A stretch of DNA of 64,000 bases from contig JAAPAO010000061.1 in assembly GCA_013115145.1 (NCBI GenBank), positions 34,615 through 98,614 on the forward strand, read 5' to 3'. Origin of the DNA: Perkinsus chesapeaki ATCC PRA-425 (Eukaryota > Protista > Perkinsozoa). The position numbers and the translations under genes were made by a program. A model generated the notes under the pieces. The model ran no database searches. It had not been told where the DNA came from and was given only the letters and a program-made list of their open reading frames with translations. Below are positions 59,765 through 64,000 of the stretch, piece after piece (the first letter of the stretch is position 1; every line of letters starts with the position of its first letter).

Positions 59765-62679
59765 ATGCAGACTAGTTCAGCCGGTAATCATCCCCGTCAA
59801 GACGTTGAGGGATTCGGCCCGCAAGCTAGTGATGGCCCACTTTCGGATTCCCCAAAGGAATCTGAAGTTCATGAAGTGAGTTCGGAAACAACACTTTGAT
59901 CGCCTTACATCTTGTTCCGTGCTTCCGCGATACTTGTTTTCACTCGGCAGGACATCCACTCTCAAAGTGTGGACTTTAAGAGAGCACCCATCATTGATAA
60001 GAGTATATTATTGAGTAAATCGGCTTGGCGGTGGTTAAGACTCCATAAGCTGGACTTCGTTAGTGGACTAACTGTGGCGCTTGCTCAAGTAAGAATATCA
60101 ACTTCTGTGACCCTTTCCTGGCGATATCGAGTTCGAGTTCTGTCCCAAGCTTGTCGGATTCCCAAGTCTGAAGGCTTTTGAATTTTTTCTGTGATCATCG
60201 GCCTTCAGGTGCCGGAGGCGGTCGCTTTTTCGTTCGTCGCTAACGTTGATCCCGTTATAGGGCTCCAGGTGAGGGTTATTAGTTTCGTGAAATGGCTTCA
60301 TTTAGATAGTAAATAAAAAACGCCGCATTTTCTGTCTCAGGCAGCATGGATAATGGGTGTGGTAACATCTCTCGCAGGCGGGCGTCCCGGACAGATATCA
60401 GGCGCAACGGGATCCACGGCCGTTGTGATGCCACCGGTCGTACAGAAGGGTACGCTCTCAAACTGGAAGTCTCCTGACTGCGAGTCATAGTCCTCTTGAG
60501 GTTCTGATTTCGTTTTAGGTATAGGGTATCTCTTTTATACCGTTATGCTCGCAGGAATAATTCAGATCGTCTTTGGTATCTTTCGGGCTGGGAAGCTACT
60601 CCGCATGATATCTGCTCCGGTTAGATAGAATTCGAATAATGAGAGTGCAGTTTTTCCATATCCCAGGTAATGATAGGTTTCGTCGATGGCCTAGCGATCG
60701 TCATATTCCTTGCGCAGCTGGAAGCATTCAAATGGACCCAAGGGAATGCAATTGGCCCGCCTGAGGCCCGCAGGCTGACTGCCTTCGCGGTATAGTGACT
60801 TCAAAGTTTTGTGAGATTTGTCTTCCTTCTTCGGGTAGGTACTCACGGATGCTGAGCCCTGGCTCCCTTGGGACGACATACTTAAAATGCTCAGTCTGGT
60901 GGTAATTACTATGACTGTGACATTCGTATTGCCTAAATTTACACGGTTTCCTAGCGCCTTAACGGGTGAGTTGTAAACTTTTTCGTAACTTAGAATCATG
61001 AATAACTTCGACTACAGGTATAGCAGTGGCTACTTGTGTGGAGTGGGGTATATATCGGCAGGTTGGCTGGGCCACTCGTTTGGTTGAGGATATAGCTTCT
61101 GTCAAGGTAAATTTGCCAAACGGTGCAACTTTAGCTTGATCGGCACCGTGTGAAATTTGACTTCTGAAGCAGTTATTACGATGCGTAATTCCCATACTGT
61201 CAGGGATATTTCCCAATCCCTATTTGGTTTGATAGCCGCTGGGAGCTCCCACGCTTTGACTGGGATCTGTTCACCTTCATCCTGCCGCATTCGATCATTA
61301 TTGCCCTGATAGGTGATATTATCACCGCTAGTGGTGAACTTTGCTTTTTCACTCATCTTGCAGGCTTGATAGAATCGCTTTTAACTCTGAACTTGATAGA
61401 TGAGATCACGCAAACTAAGGGAAACCCTAACAGGGAGTGCTGGGGACAGGGCTTGGCGCAGCTAATCTGTGGTAATAGATTCCTTGTAAAGCTCGGGATT
61501 GAGCAATACTCTGACGACAGGTATGTTTGGTGGCATGGGCGGATGTGCTATGATTGGCCAGTCTATGATCAACATCAAATCTGGGGGCATTTCAAGGGTG
61601 TCGTCGTTCGTTGCCGGGATTTTCACACTCTTCATACTCTTGGTAATTCACTACTCGTTGTCAGTTGCGAGGGCGCCGTTTGATCAGTTCGTTTATCACG
61701 CTATCAACATAATCCCCATCGCCGCCTTAGTAGGAGTGATGTTCTGTGTGGTTGTCCATACTTTTGAATGGTCAACATTTGGAATGATAATGGCTGCTCT
61801 TATGACTAAGCAGATGCGTTCGTAAGCAATTAGTATTTTCACGTGTGCGCTGAGTTTGTATGTTCAGAAACAAATACATACAGCATTATATATTGAGAGG
61901 ATCCAGGAAGCTTCCTCGTGGGGATGTCTTGATAATAATCACCGTAACTGTCGTCACTCTTGTCGCCGATCTAGCCATCGCAGTTGGGGTTGGTGTTTGC
62001 CTACAAGTAAAAATTTATGCTTCCACTGAGCAATTTTCGTTCGCATTATGAGGCAGGCCCTCCTTTTCTCGTGGCAGAGTCACAAGAGCCTTAGAGTAGT
62101 GCAACGCCTTGACTTGAGCTCAAACGAGCATAAGGTAAGCAAACCGTTTGCAATATCTTGCTCCCGCCATTCCTTCCTCAACTCCCGCCCACGTTCCGAA
62201 TAAACACAGGTTTATGAATTACACGGGCCCTTATGCTTTGCATCTGCCTCGGACTTCCTCGAAGCATTTGACGTAAGCACAGATCCGAACTCTGTTGAGC
62301 TGCATTGCCAAAATGCTGATATTCACGGATATAGTGCCATGGAGGCTATTAATACCCTTGCTGAAAGGTAAGGCGGAACTTTGCACTCCTGTGAAACATT
62401 CAGAATCTATGCGCAGCTGCCACTTTAAGAGACACAATGCTTCACATCATCAGGTACAGTCACGTCGGCAAACGTGTAACTGTTAAATCAGTCAAAAAGA
62501 TGGATCACGCAGTGCTTTCTAAGGTCATGCCCTATATATCAAACAAGACTTCATTGATGTTCTGTCGTTTTAAGGCAGAGGATCTTATGCATGAAATGGT
62601 AGTCATCGACAGCTACTACGAGCCAATAACTTATCACAAGCGAGTGCTCTCAGTGGAACGATGGGGGGAAGAGGTATAA
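59765..62679 (+). CDS. SulP family anion transporter with C-terminal STAS domain
   Basis: [12 protein letters not shown]|[11 protein letters not shown]; [13 protein letters not shown]; [18 protein letters not shown]; [14 protein letters not shown]; [21 protein letters not shown]; [16 protein letters not shown]. Confidence 0.93.
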
Positions 62680-63482
62680 ACTGCGATGCTCGCCGACTAC
62701 ATGAAAATAGGGGCGTTGTCAAGCTATTTAGGCTGGGAATCCTGGAGCGAATCTACTACTGGGCCCCTACTGCTCCTACACTTCAGGTTGCATTCGGTGG
62801 AATTCCGCATTACTCGCCGGTATCCGATGGTGTCCAACGTAACCCGATAGTGAGGCCAGCCGAACCCGCTGGCGGATGTGATATGGAAGCTGGTGGCTTG
62901 TCATATGAGGGGTTGCACCAAAGAAAAATGTGAGTTACTACGCAGGATAATGTCTGTTCAGTGCCTTGCGGATGATTCACCCAAATGGGCCGTGTTTTGC
63001 TGTTAAGCGCCTTGTTTTCAAGCTGGTTCTTGTCCAATGATTATGGTCATATGATTTGTCTTTTACCTGTGTACCTGTGGAACCATATACACCCTTGCTG
63101 CTCAGCTCTTCACCAAGCGGCAACTTTCACACTACACCACCGGCTTGATCAGCTCATTGCACTGTGGTAAGCCGCACCGTGTTGATTTTGGATAGTTGCA
63201 GCTGCTATGACGTTCTTCTTATCTGTGAGACTTGGAAATTCGTACTCCCACTTACTGTGTGAATAGAATAGAGTGTGAATAGAAAACCGAACGACCTGAA
63301 GACCAGATGCAGATCACAAGTAGATCACCAGTTTGTATTTTTAAACTGTTTTACTTGTGTTTAGTCGGATTTAGTACCAACGAATGTCGGAACTTCATAA
63401 TGAAAACAGGAAGGTTATAATTAATCTCCGATCAAGTGTTCCGCAATCACAGTATATACTCGGGAAGGACGTGGAATTACGA

Positions 63483-64000
63483 CTAATCACAACACGAAGA
63501 TGAAGAATCCTTCAATGACTTCAGAGGCCGTTGATATTCTTTTATGCGGAGCACCACTCGTTGTGTGTAGAGTAAATCAGCGTTGTGCAGGGAGAGTCTG
63601 TGCCTGCTTAGTTGTGCATTGTGTATTTTGCGCGAATACGCCGCTGAGCGAGCGAGTTTCCTGATGGGAATCCTTCCGCAATGGAAAGTTGTGAAGGTGC
63701 GCCTTTGCAATAGCTGAAGAGTCAACGGGTTCACACACTCAGGCTCATCTCAGCTTGGAGAGTCCGAGGAAATCTGGCTTCCATTTTTTTTCTTTATCGG
63801 GAGGAGCCTGGTTTGTGACTCATGGTTGGCTGGGCCAACTTGGCTCTCTACATGGATTGTAGTGATTTAAACCTACCGTCGACCTGGCCATTTGTGCCGC
63901 TATATACTTCTGCCACGTTACTCGTTCTAGGAAGGTCAGTAAGCAGAGTGACGAGAGATCCAGCAAGGCCTAAATGAGAGCTCTGCATGAACCAGGAGGC
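63483..64000 (-). CDS. 3' part of a hypothetical gene entering from beyond the window end
   Basis: Open segments MEARFPRTLQAEMSL|TIAKAHL; shares an exon-intron-exon junction with 51590-51660. Confidence 0.3.

Noticed and set aside
62661-63230. Short ORFs on both strands downstream of SulP
   Set aside because: No motif was found and the frames conflict, so strand and product cannot be supported.

Overview
This is a gene-dense, intron-rich eukaryotic window, not a prokaryotic one. Most ORFs in the track are fragments of genes split by short (mostly about 40-60 nt) GT-AG introns. Gene content, the secreted GH18-like protein, the intron style and a spliced-leader-like relic suggest a Perkinsus-like alveolate (inference). 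Recognisable genes: a JmjC/cupin_8 oxygenase, tRNA-Leu(CAA), a GH18-fold secreted protein lacking the catalytic Glu, two tandem EGF-like/TM paralogues, ATP-dependent PEP carboxykinase, MutL homologue PMS2, two tandem glutamate 5-kinases, a La-motif plus DUF3223(DeCL) protein with an inverted partial paralogue, a GT8/glycogenin-like glycosyltransferase, a KH-domain gene, a Ser/Thr kinase, FAM135/DUF676, PP2C, a USP deubiquitinase, a SET-domain protein and a SulP/STAS transporter. The most unusual observations are: (1) an ORF with the H-x7-CRxC...CxxC...W...H...CxxC...GRP pattern of the RAG1 N-terminal/Chapaev zinc domain and no visible transposase core; (2) the KH gene nested antisense in a 1.64-kb intron of the GT8 gene; (3) the La-DeCL fusion with a head-to-head paralogue sharing an unknown 35-aa motif; (4) an apparent gene-conversion tract between the two proB copies, within which the GDND motif reads GEND in one copy; (5) a duplicated ~80-aa module at the kinase C-terminus. 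All gene boundaries and splice sites were read by eye and are approximate. No database searches were run.
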